In this document: positions 29,408-43,038 of the stretch, piece by piece | How the letters are laid out: each line of letters begins with the position of its first letter | Position numbering within the stretch: the first letter of the stretch is position 1 | NCBI GenBank assembly: GCA_964016885.1 | Contig: OZ024748.1 | Coordinates: 28,706,001-28,770,000, forward strand | Origin: Eledone cirrhosa | Lineage: Eukaryota | DNA: 64,000 bases | Direction of reading: 5' to 3' | The notes under the pieces: generated by a model | What the model was told of the DNA's origin: nothing | What the model saw: only the letters and a program-made list of their open reading frames with translations | Database searches by the model: none | Position numbers and translations under genes: made by a program

Positions 29408-32400
29408 ATGGCCAATATAAGAGTTGGATGTGTGAACGTACGCGGCCTGGGGATGCCCTGGAAACAGGGCAAACTCTTAAACGACGTCAGGTCACACAGT
29501 ATGGATGTGGTAGCCATTTGCGAGTCCAGGATCCACGGCGAGCGACAGCTGGCCCCCATCTTCGATGACTTTGAGATCTACGCATCTCTCTGTCAACCGG
29601 AGGGTGGGGGCGGAGTTGCCGTTTTGCTGCGGAAACACCTGGGCCTCGTAACACAGACGGTACATCTGGACCCGGAGGGTCGACTGGTGGTCCTAGACGT
29701 TGACGGTAGTGAAGGTGGAGCCTTCAGGCTGGTGGCCGCATATGCCCCATCCGGGACACCGCGGCCAGACTTCTTCAAACGTCTAGAGACTTTTCTGGGA
29801 ACGTCCCGCTCCTTGCTTTTAGTGGGGGACTGGAATGGAATCCTAGATGCACGTTGGGACTATGTGGGAGCATGTCCCGATAAAGGGGGGTGTAACAGCC
29901 TCAAACAGTTAATCGACCGATTTGACCTGGCCGATAGATATCGACTAGATTTTCCGACTGCGCCACTGTGGACGTGGAGTAATCGTAGCGGAACATCTAG
30001 ATCGTACCTAGATAGGGTTCTAGTTAGAAATAAGGATAGGGACATGTTAAGCTGTCCACAAATGTTCATGGTTGCCTATTCAGATCACAAACTAGTGACC
30101 TGCATGGCCAACCTTGATAAAACCCATAGACAAGGACCCGGCTACTGGAAGCTGAACTTGTCGTTACCGACAAGCAAAGCCGACAGTAGACGGATTAGTA
30201 CTTTAGTTAAACAGCACTTGACAGGGTCCATTGTCAACAACAGATGGTGGTACTCTCTCAAGAGGGCAGTTAGATTAGACTCGATAGTTTTTAGTAAAGA
30301 ATTAGCGTTAGATAGATATAGAACCGAGAAGGAACTGGTAGATAAAGTAGAAGAGGCAATTAGAAGTGGCAACGTAGCCAGCGTGCTAGCAACGAGAACG
30401 GCCTTGGACCAGTTCTTCGACGCAAAGCACGAGGGCTGCGTTGTCAGAAGCAAAATACGTGCTCTGGGAAACGAGGGAGCCAAAGCTGGTAGCTGGGCCC
30501 GAGTGACGGAGAAAAAAAGTGGCAACAAGTCCACGATTCGGTCTTTGAAGGACCAAAACGGACGCGTGATACGTGAGCCGAAGTAGATGTGTGCGGCTTT
30601 TCAGCGGCACTGTGATCAGCTGTTCGGGGGCGACGGCGCGCCGGGAGAGGCTATGGATTTCGGTCCATACCTCGACGGCCTACCGCGACTCTCGGACAGC
30701 GAGGCAAAGTTCTACGAAAAGCCGATTTCAGCCACTGAGATAGGGGACGCGCTGAGCCAATGCGGCAAACGCAAATCTCCAGGTCTCGACGGTCTACCCT
30801 ACGAATTTTACGTAGCAATGTCGGACTTATTCTCCGGTCTCCTGGAAGCGGTCTACTGCAACTGGCAACTGAACGGGAGAATTCCCAGTTCTGTAACCAG
30901 GGGCGTGGTCACACTAATCAGGAAGGACGAGAATAAGGGGGATGACATAGGCAACTGCAAACCGGGCTTCGGTGGGGCCCTGATCAACTTGGATCAGTCT
31001 AAGGCTTTCGATAGGGTTGACCATCGTTACCTGGATGCGGTGCTCGAGGCGGCAGGCTTCGGACCCGTGTTCAGGGGCTGGATTGCTGCAATGCACAACA
31101 GCAACATCTGCTCAAGCGTCAAGGTGAACGGCTACCTCTCGGAGCCGTTCCATATTACGCGATCCATTCGACAGGGATGCCCTCTCTCCTCCCTTCTGTA
31201 CGTACTGACTCTCGAGCCACTACTGCAGGGCATCCCTCTGGAACTGGGACTGCGCAAAGCGGCGTCGGCCTACGCCGACGACGTTACAGTAATGGTGTCG
31301 AGCGCCTCGCAAATCGAGGAAGTCGGCACCTTACTGAAGGAATACGAAAGTCTCACAGGAGCGAAGCTGAACCGGGACAAGTCCATCGGTTTGCAACTCG
31401 GATCGTGGAGAGGCAAACCGATGCCTTCCGATGGCGTCGTCGGACGCTGGACGGAAGGACCGGTAAAGCTGCTCGGGGTCTGGTTTGGTCCGGACCTCCA
31501 GGTGGAGAAGAACTGGAACGAAGTGACGGCCAAGGTCTTTGCACTCACCCAGAAGTGGGCCGAGTGCAAACTATCCTTGAAAGGTCGAGCGGAGGTGGCG
31601 AACACTTTTATAGCGTCCGCCATCTACTACCGCTTGACCGTCGTGCCTTGTCCAGCCAAAACGCTCGCCAAAATGGAGCGCGCGCTCTTCCGATTCCTTT
31701 GGAAGAGGCGGGCTCCCTTGGTGAGAAGATCCATCTGCTGCCAACACCCTTCTAACGGAGGGCTGGGGATGCCGTGGTTGACGATGCGCAAACACGCGCT
31801 CAGGCTGCGGCATCTCTACGTATTCCTCACCGGACAACCGGTGTGGGCCCCGTTCGTGAGGCGAGCCTTCCCACGACTCGTCTCGGTGACCGAGCTGCAG
31901 TCCTGGGTCAAGCAAAGACCGAGGAAAATGGGCGACTGGCACATCGAATGTGCTCAGGCGCTCACAGCCCTCTGGCAGGCAGACCCAGCGATCAGTGGAG
32001 ACTCCACTTCGTCATTCTATAGAGGGTTGGTCCGCAGCAAGTGCGACGACGCGCTCAGTGAAACTCTAGGCGTAGAGGAAGATGAACTGGCCAGTCTGTT
32101 CGGTAGGACCTTCCGCCCGGGACCGATGGACAACTTCCAAAAGTCCCTGGCCTGGCAGTGCTACCGAGGAGCTCTACCAGTTCGAGACAAGCTCTACAGA
32201 CATGGGCGCCCGGGCAGGGACCCTGCAAAAAAGATCTGTCCGAGGTGCGTGCGAGACGAAGAAACCGTCGCGCACGCATTCATACACTGCCCGGGCGTCA
32301 CTGACCTGTGGGGCTATGTAAAACGACTATTGTCGCGGGTGGGACCAATCCAGTTGACCACCGAGTCCGTTGTCATGATCAAACCGCCACCCTCCTTCAA

Positions 32401-32653
32401 AAACGAAGGAGAGGCGGTTTTCTTTTGTGTAATAGCTATGGCGAAAGAGGTTGTATGGTGGACAAGGTTGAAAGGGCTGAGGTCAGACACCTTTCTCTCC
32501 GGCCAACAACTGATTCTTTTTTTCAAATACCACTTTGGAAGAAGAATCAGGATGGAGAGAGAGGTGCTGTACCCCAGCAAGTTTTATGAAAGGTGGGTGA
32601 AAGTGGCGAGAATGGCCCGAGTGAATGGGCCTTCTCTCTATATCAGCCTGTAG
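29408..32653 (+). pseudogene. Tx1 ORF2: AP endonuclease, reverse transcriptase, CCHC finger
   Basis: NVRGL, GDWN, YLDR, SDH; KAFDRV, RQGCPLS, YADD; CPRC...H...C; premature TAG at 30584 and deletion in RT. Confidence 0.93.
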
Positions 32654-32892
32654 GTCGAGGAAAAGGAGAAGGAGAGGAAAGGAGTACAAACTCTTCGTAC
32701 TCCTGGAGATGAGGGTTGCACATTTTTTTTCGGGGGTATGTGTTACCCATATAAACTGTCTCCCTCTATTGGGGAAAATAGACTAACTTTTTTAAATTCC
32801 ATTTGTGATAACATTTTACACGTTTTTATTGTATGTAAACTTCCCCCTTTGTATTTGTCCCCTTCTTTTGTGCCCCTGTGGCTAATAAAGAA

Positions 32893-32942
<50 letters not shown>

Positions 32943-33018
32943 TTATCTATCCATCTATCTATTTATCTATCTATCTATCTATCTATCTACCTATCTATCT
33001 ATCTATTAATCTAGCTGT

Positions 33019-33148
33019 TTTTTGTTATATTTTATTTTATTTTTATACATTGTTATTGCCTCCTCCTTATTCAGGACGCCTTTTTTGTGTAAACTCCCCC
33101 TTTGTACTTGTCCCACTTTTGATGCCCTGGTGGCAAATAAAAGAAACA
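33019..33148 (+). mobile_element. Tx1 extreme 3' fragment (copy-3 subfamily) with target-site duplication
   Basis: Matches 41555-41685; flanked by direct repeat TATCTATTAATCTAGCTGT at ~33000 and ~33149. Confidence 0.85.
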
Positions 33149-33595
33149 TATCTATTAATCTAGCTGTCGTCTGTTCTACAGCGTAGATGTAATTCACTTC
33201 GCGCAGAAGTTTTGTTCAAATTTATTGCGGAAATTTTGTAAGTTCAAATTTAATTTTGATACTATTGTGTAGCTTGACCCCCCGTCTGAACTGTCAGGCG
33301 GTGGGTCAGCGCATCTTTACCCCTCCTAGGGGTGAAAAACCTGTTTTTAAAAATTTTGTGGCATAAAAAATTTCAATCGTCTGACAGAAATGTTAAACGA
33401 AGCTAACGAAAATAGTGGTGGGGGACAGCGGTAAGAGTTGTAAGCTCGCACGCTTTAGTCCCCCCTTCCTTCCCAACTAACGTCATAGAGAAGGAAGGAA
33501 AAAATAAAATAAAAAACAGACGAATCTGCGGAGAAAAATGACGGAAACACAAATCTGGACATGGATTCCAACAACGAAAAAAAAAATTTGAAAAA

Positions 33596-35301
33596 TTGCA
33601 TGACAATATTAATACCACAAACAAAGACACGACAGACACAAAAATAACATTTGAAAATAACATCATAACAGAAAGCAAAGCAGACGACAAAGTCAACACC
33701 AATAAGATTTCATTTGCACAAACAACAAAGAAATCTTTGACATATATACCTGAAAATATTTCAGATGTGGCACAAAGAATTGCAGACGCCAAACAATATA
33801 TAACTGAAGGAGAAAATGGTATTTTATCGGTAAAAATACCTCAAGAACTCACCAAAGACATTGAAAGTCGAACGGTCGTTTTCCGCACCATCAACAACAC
33901 TTCAAAAAAACCTGAACAGCCAACTCAAACAGAAATCAAAACAGTACCTACAGAAGTACTTAATGAAACCACTTTCATAAGAAAAGACAGACTGTATGGA
34001 AGCCTAGCGATTATTATGAAGAACGAATCGGCGGCAAAAAAATGTGCTTTGTCACCGATTCGTTCGAAAAAAATGTTACCGTTTATCCATCTTATATGGG
34101 TAAAAGAACTCAACGCATATGGCTGGATGCAATGATGCCAGATGTGGACTACTGCTGGCTCATAGCTGGTTTCATCGATCCAGTGAATGACAACGTGATT
34201 TCCATTGGGAAAACCACAGGCAATGCGTTCAGTGGAACAGGTATAGAACTTGTAGTGCAAATAAAGCCTGAACGCATCGCCCAAATACCCGACAGAATCC
34301 TATTAGAGGGCCACGGGTATATAAACATTAGCGTGGAGGGGAGAAGGCCGTCCTGTCATGTCTGTGCAGGCAGAGGGCACCTGAAGGCCGCTTGTCCCCA
34401 ACTCAACAAAAAGAAAACCCTGCTACCAACACCAGCTCCACCACCACCACCACAACAGATAAACAAACAACAAAACTCAACCCCACCCAACCCGTCCCTC
34501 AGTAAAACTACACCACCACAACAACACAAACAGTCACAACACATTACCCCAAAACAAAATACAGGCCCACCCAACCCCTCACTCAATAAAACAACACAAC
34601 CACCGCAGCCACAACACACAACACAGTCTAACATAGAGACATCCATCTCCCCCACAAAGAAAACCAACACGGAAACATTACCAGCAAACATACCTCTTCC
34701 CTCCAACACTGAAGATAACCCAACGAATTCGGAGGAAATAATGGAGTCCTTCAGACAGATTAAAAGAAAAAAAAGAAAACATGTACAAAACACACAAGGC
34801 CAAACAACCCCCACCCAAATGTCAACACAATCCAACAAAACACAAAACACCCCTCCAGCAACAAACAAAACCAAACCTGCCCCTCCCCTCTTCGAAACAC
34901 TCACACCATCCGAAAAAAAGACATTACACTATACTTACATCAACAGAAACAATAATAAATTAAATGAACTCATAAACAATAATCCTTCGGTACAAACCGA
35001 AGGTGTAAACTTTGTTTCTTCAGAAAACTACCCACATTTAAAATTAATAAAGATCCCAATGAACCTCTACCAAAAACTAAAAAAGGATTTTAAGGAGGAC
35101 GTAGGATCACCCTCTGTCAAACCCATAAACCGCGTCCTACTAAAAAGCTTTCCCCCTCCCCTTCCCCTCCCCAACACAACTCCAAACACCCCAACCCCAC
35201 CACACACTGGCGACCCCACACCACCACAAGACACCCCTTCACCCAACACCCCCGACCCCATGGAAGTCGTGCGACCCGAACCCCGGGAAGCAGAAAGGTA
35301 G
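33596..35301 (+). pseudogene. Tx1 ORF1, frameshifted near 34070
   Basis: CHVCAGRGHLKAAC knuckle; homologous to copy 1 ORF1. Confidence 0.85.
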
Positions 35302-35334
35302 GTCTCTACACTCTCCTTTGGCTCTGCCGCCCAC

Positions 35335-38300
35335 ATGGATGTGTTAAGAGTAGGATGTTTGAATGCACGTGGCCTGGGCTCAACTTGGAAGCAAGCAAAG
35401 CTTCTAAATGACCTCAGGTCATGTGGTATAAATGTAATGGTTATCTGTGAGACTCGGATCAGCGTCGTGCGGCAGCTGGCCCCTACCTTCGATGACTTTG
35501 AGGTGCATGCATCTCTCTGTCAACCTGGAGGTGGGGGTGGGGTTGTCGTACTGCTGCAAAAACACCTGGGTCTTGCCGTACAGGTTGTTCACTCGGACCC
35601 GGAGGGTCGTTTGTTGGTGCTAGACGTTGGCAGTAGTGAAGGTGCGGCCTTGAGACTGGTCGCCGTCTACTCCCCTTTCGGAGCTGAACGGCCCGACTTC
35701 TTCCAGCGTTTGGAGACTTTTCTGGGAACGTCGCGTTCCCTGCTTCTAGCGGGGTATTGGAATGACATCCTAGATGCACGTTGGGACTATGCAGGAGCAT
35801 GTCCTAATAGAGGGGGGTGTAACAGCCTCAAGGGGTTACTCGACCGTTTTAACTTGGTCGATAGATATCGACTAGATTTTCCAACTGTGCCTACCTGGAC
35901 TTGGAGAAACCACAGTGGTCAATCTAGATCGTACTTAGATAGATTCTTAGTTAGAAGTAAGGATAGGGACATATTAAGCTGTCCAGAAATGCGCACGGTG
36001 GGCTATACGGATCACAAATTAGTGACCTGCGTAGTCAATCTCGAGAAAACACATAAACAGGGTCCCGGTTACTGGAAACTTAATTTGTCTTTACCGGCAA
36101 AAGAGACTTACAGAAACCGGATTAGCAGATTAGTTAAGGAGAGGTTGACGGGTGCAATCGTCAACAACCGATGGTGGGCATCTCTCAAAAGAGAGATTAG
36201 AACAGAATCAATAAGTTATAGCAAGATGTTAGCTGCCGATAGGAATAGAAACGAGAAAGAATTAACAGGTAAATTAGAAGAGGCAATCAAGAGCGAAGAT
36301 GTGGCCAGAGTGCTGGCATCGAGGACGGCCTTGAACCAGTTTTTCGATGCAAAGCGCGAAGGCTGCGTCATTCGAAGTAAAATACGTGCTCTAGGTAATG
36401 AGGGGGCCAAAGCCGTTGGCTGGGCCCGCGTGACAGAAGCTAAGAGTGGAAATCGATCCACCATCCGGTCGTTGCAAGACGAGGATGGACGGGTGATCCG
36501 GGAGCCTAAGCAGATGTGCGAGGCCTTTCAAAGGCACTTTGCCCGATTATTCGGGGGAGGCGAGGGTCCGGGCGGGGACGTGGATTTCGGTCCATACCTC
36601 GACGGCCTGCCGTGTCTCTCGAGCGAAGAGGCAGAGTCTTGCGAGGGACCAATCTCGGCTGATGAGATCGGAGATACGCTGAGCCAATGCAGCAGACGCA
36701 AATCTCCAGGTTTTGATGGTATACCTTACGAACTTTATTTAGCAATGCCGGTCTTCTTCTCCGAACTCCTCGAAGCGGTCTACTGCAATTGGCAGCAGAA
36801 CGGGAGGAATTCCTTGTTCTGTAGCCAAGGGCGTAGTCTCGCTGGTGAGGAAGGACGAGAACAAGGGGGATAGTATAAATAATTTTCGGCCCATAACCCT
36901 GCTAAACACAGAGTTAAAGATTTTGGCCAAGGTGTTAGCAAAGAGGTTGGCGCTTGTCGTGGGTAGCCTGGTGGGAGATGCGCAGACATGTGCTATCCCA
37001 TCCAGGTCCATTCACGATAACCTCCACCTCATGCGATACATCATAGAGAGGGTTGGCAACAAACCCGGCTTCGGTGGGGCCCTGATCAACTTGGATCAGT
37101 CTAAGGCCTTCGATAGGGTCGACCATGGTTACCTGGATGCGGTGCTAGCGGCGGCTGGGTTCGGTCCTGTTTTCAGAGGCTGGATCACTGCCTTACATAG
37201 CAACCACATCTGTTCTAGGATCAAGGTGAACGGCTACCTTTCGAAGCCGTTCGAAATCACACTATCCATTCGACAGGGGTGCCCTCTCTCCTCCCTTCTG
37301 TACGTATTGACTCTCGAGCCTTTACTGAGGAAGTTAGAGTTGTTGCAGGGTATCCCTCTGGAACCAGGATTGAGCAAAGCGGTGTCGGCCTATGCCGATG
37401 ACGTAACAGTAATGGTATCGACCGACTCGGAGATCGAGGCGATCGGTACCTTACTGGAGGATTACGAAAGGTTGTCAGGAGCGAAACTGAACCGGGAAAA
37501 ATCCATCGGGCTGCAACTCGGAACGTGGAGAGGCAGACCGATGCCTCCCGACGGTGTCGTCGGACACTGGACGGAGGGCCCGGTAAAGTTGCTTGGGCTC
37601 TAGTTTGGACCGGACCTCCAGGTGGAAAAGAACTGGGACGAGGTTACGAACAAGGTGTTTGCACTAACCCAGAAATGGGCCAAGTGTAAGCTGTCCCTAA
37701 AAGGCCGGGCGGAGGTGGCGAACATTTACATAGCGTCCGTCACTTACTACCGCCTGACTGTCGTGCCTTGCCCTAAGGAAACACTCACCACCATGGAACG
37801 CATGCTCTTCCAATTTCTTTGGAAGAAGCGCCCTCCTATGGTGAGAAGATACATCTGCTGCCAACAACCTTCGAAAGGAGGGCTGGGGATGCCGTAGTTG
37901 ATGATGCGTAGGCACGCATTAAGGCTACGGCACCTACAGGTATTCCTCACTGGTCAACCGGTGTGGGCTCCGTTCGTGAAACGAGCCTTTCCGAGACTCG
38001 TCTCGCTCACCGAGCTGCAGTCCTGGGTCAAGCAAAGATCCGGAAAACTGGGAGACTGGCACACTGAGTGCGCCCAGGCGCTCAGGGCTCTCTGGCAAGC
38101 GGGCCAGGCCATCGGTGGAGAATCCACCTCATCATTCTATAGAGGGCTGGTGGCTAGCAGGGGCGATGACACCCTTGGAGAGTCGCTGGACATGAAAGAG
38201 GACGAACTGGCCAGCCTGTTCGGTAGGACTTTCGGCCCGGGACCAATGGACAACTTCCAGAAGTCACTAGCCTGGCAGTGCTACCGGGGGGCTCTACCCG

Positions 38301-38773
38301 TTCGAGAGAGGCTCTACAGACACGGGCGCCCGGGCAGGGATCCCTCGAAAAAGATTTACCCTAGATGCGTGCGTCACGAAGAAACCGTTGCGCACGCATT
38401 GGTGCAATGTCCGGGCGTTGCTGATCTGTGGGGCTACGCCGAACGACTGCTGTCGCGGGTGGCGCCGATTCAATTGACCGCTGAGTCCGTGATGACAATC
38501 AAACCGCCTCCCCTCTTCACAAAGGAAGCAAAGGCGGTTTTTCTGTGCGTAATAGCCATGTTGAAAGAGGTTGTTTGGTGGACACGATTGAAAGGTCTGA
38601 GGTCAGGCAACTTCCTCTCTGGCCATAGTCTGGTCTACTTCTTCCGATATCACTTCGGAAGAAGGATAAGAATGGAGAGAGAGGTGCTTGGCCACAGGCA
38701 GTTTTATGAAAGGTGGGTGATAGTGGCGAGAATGGCTCGTGTAAATGGGCCTTCTCTGTATACCATCCTGTAG
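35335..38773 (+). pseudogene. Tx1 ORF2 (APE-RT-CCHC), one frameshift and two stops
   Basis: NARGL, YLDR, TDH, NFRPITLLN, RQGCPLS, YADD; frameshift ~36806, stops at 37601 and 37895. Confidence 0.93.
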
Positions 38774-39005
38774 GTAAAGAAGTGAAGGAGAGGGGAGCAC
38801 CTTCTCCATGTGCTCCCCGGGCAAAGGATTGCACACTTTTTCGGGGGGGTGTGCAACCCCCATCACGTCCCCTCCCTTTTGAGGTTGTTTTCGATTATTT
38901 TCATTTTATACCCTTTTTACTCGATTGTATGTAAACTCCCCCTTTGTATTTGTCCCTTCTTTTTATGCCTTTATGGTAAATAAAGAAATATATCTATCTA
39001 TCTAT

Positions 39006-41686
39006 CTTCGACGCGAAACACGAAGGCTGCATCGTCCGAAGCAAAGTACGTGCTCCGGGAAACGAGGGGACCAAAGCTGTTAGCTGGGCCCGCGTGACAG
39101 AAGCCAAAAGAGGGAGCAGATCTACTATCCGGTCTTTGCGAGACCAGGATACACGGGTGATCCTTGAAGCTAAGCAGATGTGCGAGGCTTTTCAAAAGCA
39201 CTTTGCCGGATTGTTCGGAAGGGGCGGGGAGCCGGTTGGGGATGTGGACTTCGGTCCATACCTCGATGGCCTGCCGCGTCTCTCGGACAGGGAGGCGAAG
39301 TCCTGCGAGGAGCCGATTTCAGCCGCTGAGATAGAGGACGTGCTAAGCCAATGCGGCAAACGCAAATCCCCGGGTCTCGATGGTCTTCCATACGAACTGT
39401 ATCTAGCTATGCCGGACTTGTTCCCCGATCTCCTCGAGGTGGTCTACTGCAACTGGCAACAGAACGGGAGAATTCCCTGTGCTGTGACCAAAGGCGTAGT
39501 CACGCTAGTGAGGAAGGACGAGAAAAAGGGAGACAATATAAATAATTTCAGGCCCATAACTCTGCTAAATACAGAGTTACAGATTTTGGCCAGTGTACTA
39601 GCAAAGAGGTTGGCGCTTGTCGTGGGCAACCTGGTGGGAGATGCGCAGACATGTGCTATCCCGTCCAGGTCCATCCACGACAACCTCCACCTCATGCGAT
39701 ACATCATAGAGAGGGTTGGGAACGAACCCGGCTTTGGTGGGGCCCTGATCTAAGGCGTTCGATAGGGTCGACCATGGTTACCTGGATGCGGTGCTAGCGG
39801 CGGCAGGCTTCGGACCCGTTTTCAGGGGCTGGATCAATGCCATGCACAGCAGCTGCATCTGCTCTAGGGTCAAGGTGAACAGCTACCTCTCGGAGCCGTT
39901 CGAAATCGCGCGGTCCATCCGACAAGGGTGCCCTCTCTCCCCCCTTCTGTATGTGATGACTCTTGAGCCACTGCTGCGGAAGTTGGAGTTGTTGCAGGGC
40001 ATCCCGTTGGAACCGGGATTGCGGAAAGCGGTGTCGGCCTACGCCGACGACGTAACAGTAATGGTGTTGACGGCCTCGGATATCGGGGCGGTCGGCACCT
40101 TACTGGAGGAGTACGAAAGGTTTACAGGGGCTAAGCTGAACCGGGACAAGTCGATCGGTCTGCAACTCGGCACGTGGAGGGGCAGATCGATGTCCTCCGA
40201 TGGCGTCGTCGGGCGCTGGACGGGGGGCCCGGTGAAGTTGCTCGGGGTCTGGTTCGGACCAGACCTCCAGATGGAGAAGAACTGGGGTGAGGTAACGAAC
40301 AGGGTGTTTGCACTGACCCAGAAGTGGGCCGAGTGCAAACTGTCCCTGAAAGGTCGGGCGGAGGTGGCGAACACTTATATAGCGTCCGTCATCTACTACC
40401 GCCTGACCGTTGTGCCTTGCCCAAGGGAAACACTCGCCAAAATGGAGCGCGCACTCTTCCAATTCCTTTGGAAGAAGCGGCTCCTATGGTGAGGAGATCC
40501 ATCTGCTGTCAACACCCTTCGAAAGGAGGGCTGGGGATGCCGTGGCTAATGATACGTAAACACGCATTAAGGCTACGGCACCTCCAGGTATTCCTCACCG
40601 GTCAACCGGTGTGGGCCCCGTTTGTGAGGCGAGCCTTTTCCAGACTCCTCTCACTCACCGAGCTGCAATCCTGGGTCAAGCAAAGACCGAGAAAACTGGG
40701 CGCCTGGCACACCGAGTGTGCCCAGGCACTCACGGCTCTCTGGCAGGCGGACCCGGCTGTCAGTGGAGAACCCACCTCGTCATTCTATAGAGGGCTGGTG
40801 GTTAGCTGGTGCGACGATGCCCTCGGAGAAGCCCTAGGCATGGAGGAAGACGAACTGGCTAACCTGTTCGGTAGGACATTCAGCCCGACTCCAGGGATAA
40901 CTTCCAGAGGTCCCTGGCCTGGCAGTGCTACAGAAGGGCTCTGCCCGTTCGGGAAAGGCTCTACAGACACGGGCGCCCGGGTAGGGACCCTTCGAAAAAG
41001 ATCTGTCCCAGATGCGTGTGCGACGAGGAAACCGTTGCACACGCATTGGTACACTGCTCGGGCATTGCCGATCTGTGGGGCTATGTCGATCAACTGCTGT
41101 CATGGGTGGGACCGATCCGGTTGACCACCGAGTCTATTGTAACGATCAAGCCGCCTCCCCTCTTCAAAAACGAAGGAGAGGCGGTGTTTCTGTGCGGTGT
41201 TTCTGGGCGAAAGAGGTTGTATGGTGGACGCGTCTGAAAGGACTGAGGTCAGACACCTTTCTGTCTGGCCAACAACTGGTCCGTTTCTTCCGATATCATT
41301 TCGGAAGAAGGATCAGGAATGAGAGAGAGGTGCTGCACCCCAGCCGTTTTTATGAAAGATGGGTGAAAGTGGCGAGAATGGCCCGTGTGAATGGGCCTTC
41401 ACTCTACATCAGACTGTAGGTGAGGAAGATGAAAGATCAAGGGAGCACCCCCTCTCTGTGCTCCTGAGGAGAAGGGTTGCACACTTTTTTTCGGGAGTGT
41501 GTGCGACCCCACCAAGGCGCCTCCTCTCTATTGAGGATTTTGTTATAAATTTTATTTTGTTATATTTTATTTTATTTTTATACATTGTTATTGCCTCCTC
41601 CTTATTGAGGACGCCTTGTTATGTAAACTCCCCCCATTGTACTTGTCCCACTTTGTGATGCCCTGGTGGCAAATAAAAAGAAAATG
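39006..41686 (+). mobile_element. Tx1 copy 3, 5'-truncated within ORF2
   Basis: Starts directly after (TATC)4 at FDAKHEGC; RT motifs present with several frameshifts; 3' UTR then (TATC)n. Confidence 0.92.
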
Positions 41687-41693
41687 ATCTATC

Positions 41694-41724
<31 letters not shown>

Positions 41725-41786
41725 CTATCTCTCTATATATATATATACATATATATATATACATACATATGTACACATATACACAC

Positions 41787-41904
<118 letters not shown>

Positions 41905-42028
41905 AAAATTAAGATAAATTAAATGAATTTAATCTAAATCAAAATTGTGGGTGTCATGCCAGAACGGCATGCGCCATATCACCCGGAAAAATAAGCTGAA
42001 AGATTCTATCGAGTAGGTCCGGGCATTT

Positions 42029-42288
42029 TATAATAACTAGAAATTGATTAACATGAATAATCACAGGAGATAATTTGTACAAGCGTGTAACCACACATAG
42101 CTAGGTAGGTAACTAATAAAGTTGACCAGAACTTCAAAAATAGATACCTTATAATATGATTAATCTTATTATAAGGTATCTATTTTTGAAGTTCTGGTCA
42201 ACTTTATTTAGTTACCTACCTAGCTATGTGTGGTTACACGCTTGTACAAATTATCTCCTGTGATTATTCATGTTAATCAATTTCTAGT

Positions 42289-42295
<7 letters not shown>
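42029..42295. repeat. Near-perfect palindrome, ~128-bp arms
   Basis: tataataactagaaattg...gataccttataata / tattataaggtatc...caatttctagttattata. Confidence 0.92.
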
Positions 42296-42375
<80 letters not shown>

Positions 42376-42534
42376 CACACATACATATATATATATGAAT
42401 ACATATATACACACATATACACACATACGTATATATCTATATATATAAACACATGCACATACATACATATATACACATACATACACATATACAAATATAT
42501 ATATACACATACATATATATACATATATATATAC

Positions 42535-42583
<49 letters not shown>

Positions 42584-43038
42584 ATGATATGATAGGCACT
42601 CAATATTTTGAAGTGGTCTATAGAATTCTCTAGGCCTTTGTCACTAAGTAGAACCTTAAAGAATTAGCTTTTAAAGAATTTCCCTATTCTTTAAATCCAT
42701 CAACCATGACTGACCCCCAATGACACCTGAAATCTAGGCATTGTTAGCTTAAGAGAAACTTAAAAATAAGGAGTGGCACCCCAATCTGAACTTGTTTATA
42801 GAATTCTTTCTGATTTTGTCACTCTAAATATAAACTATAGCCTTAAAGAATTAGCTTTTAATGAATTCCCTTTTCTTTCAACCAATGACCTCCACCCATC
42901 CCACTCTCCACCCTCTCCTACCACCTGAACAGATATAAATAACACAACATTTATTTTTGGAAAGCCAGATTCCTGATGATTTCTAAAGAATGAAACAGTT
43001 CTAGTCCTGTAGAATCTCATCTATATTAAAACTATATA

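Larger units (their letters stand above)
27254..32892 (+). mobile_element. Tx1/L1-clade non-LTR retrotransposon, copy 1 (full-length, inactivated)
   Basis: 5' UTR, ORF1, ORF2 (APE-RT-CCHC), 3' UTR ending AATAAAGAA then (TATC)n. Confidence 0.93.
33160..38990 (+). mobile_element. Tx1/L1-clade retrotransposon, copy 2 (full-length, inactivated)
   Basis: Same architecture as copy 1 but clearly diverged; ends AATAAAGAAATA then (TATC)n. Confidence 0.93.

Noticed and set aside
27254-41686. Tandem segmental duplication or assembly stutter
   Set aside because: Copies are diverged, have different truncations and lesions, and one has its own TSD
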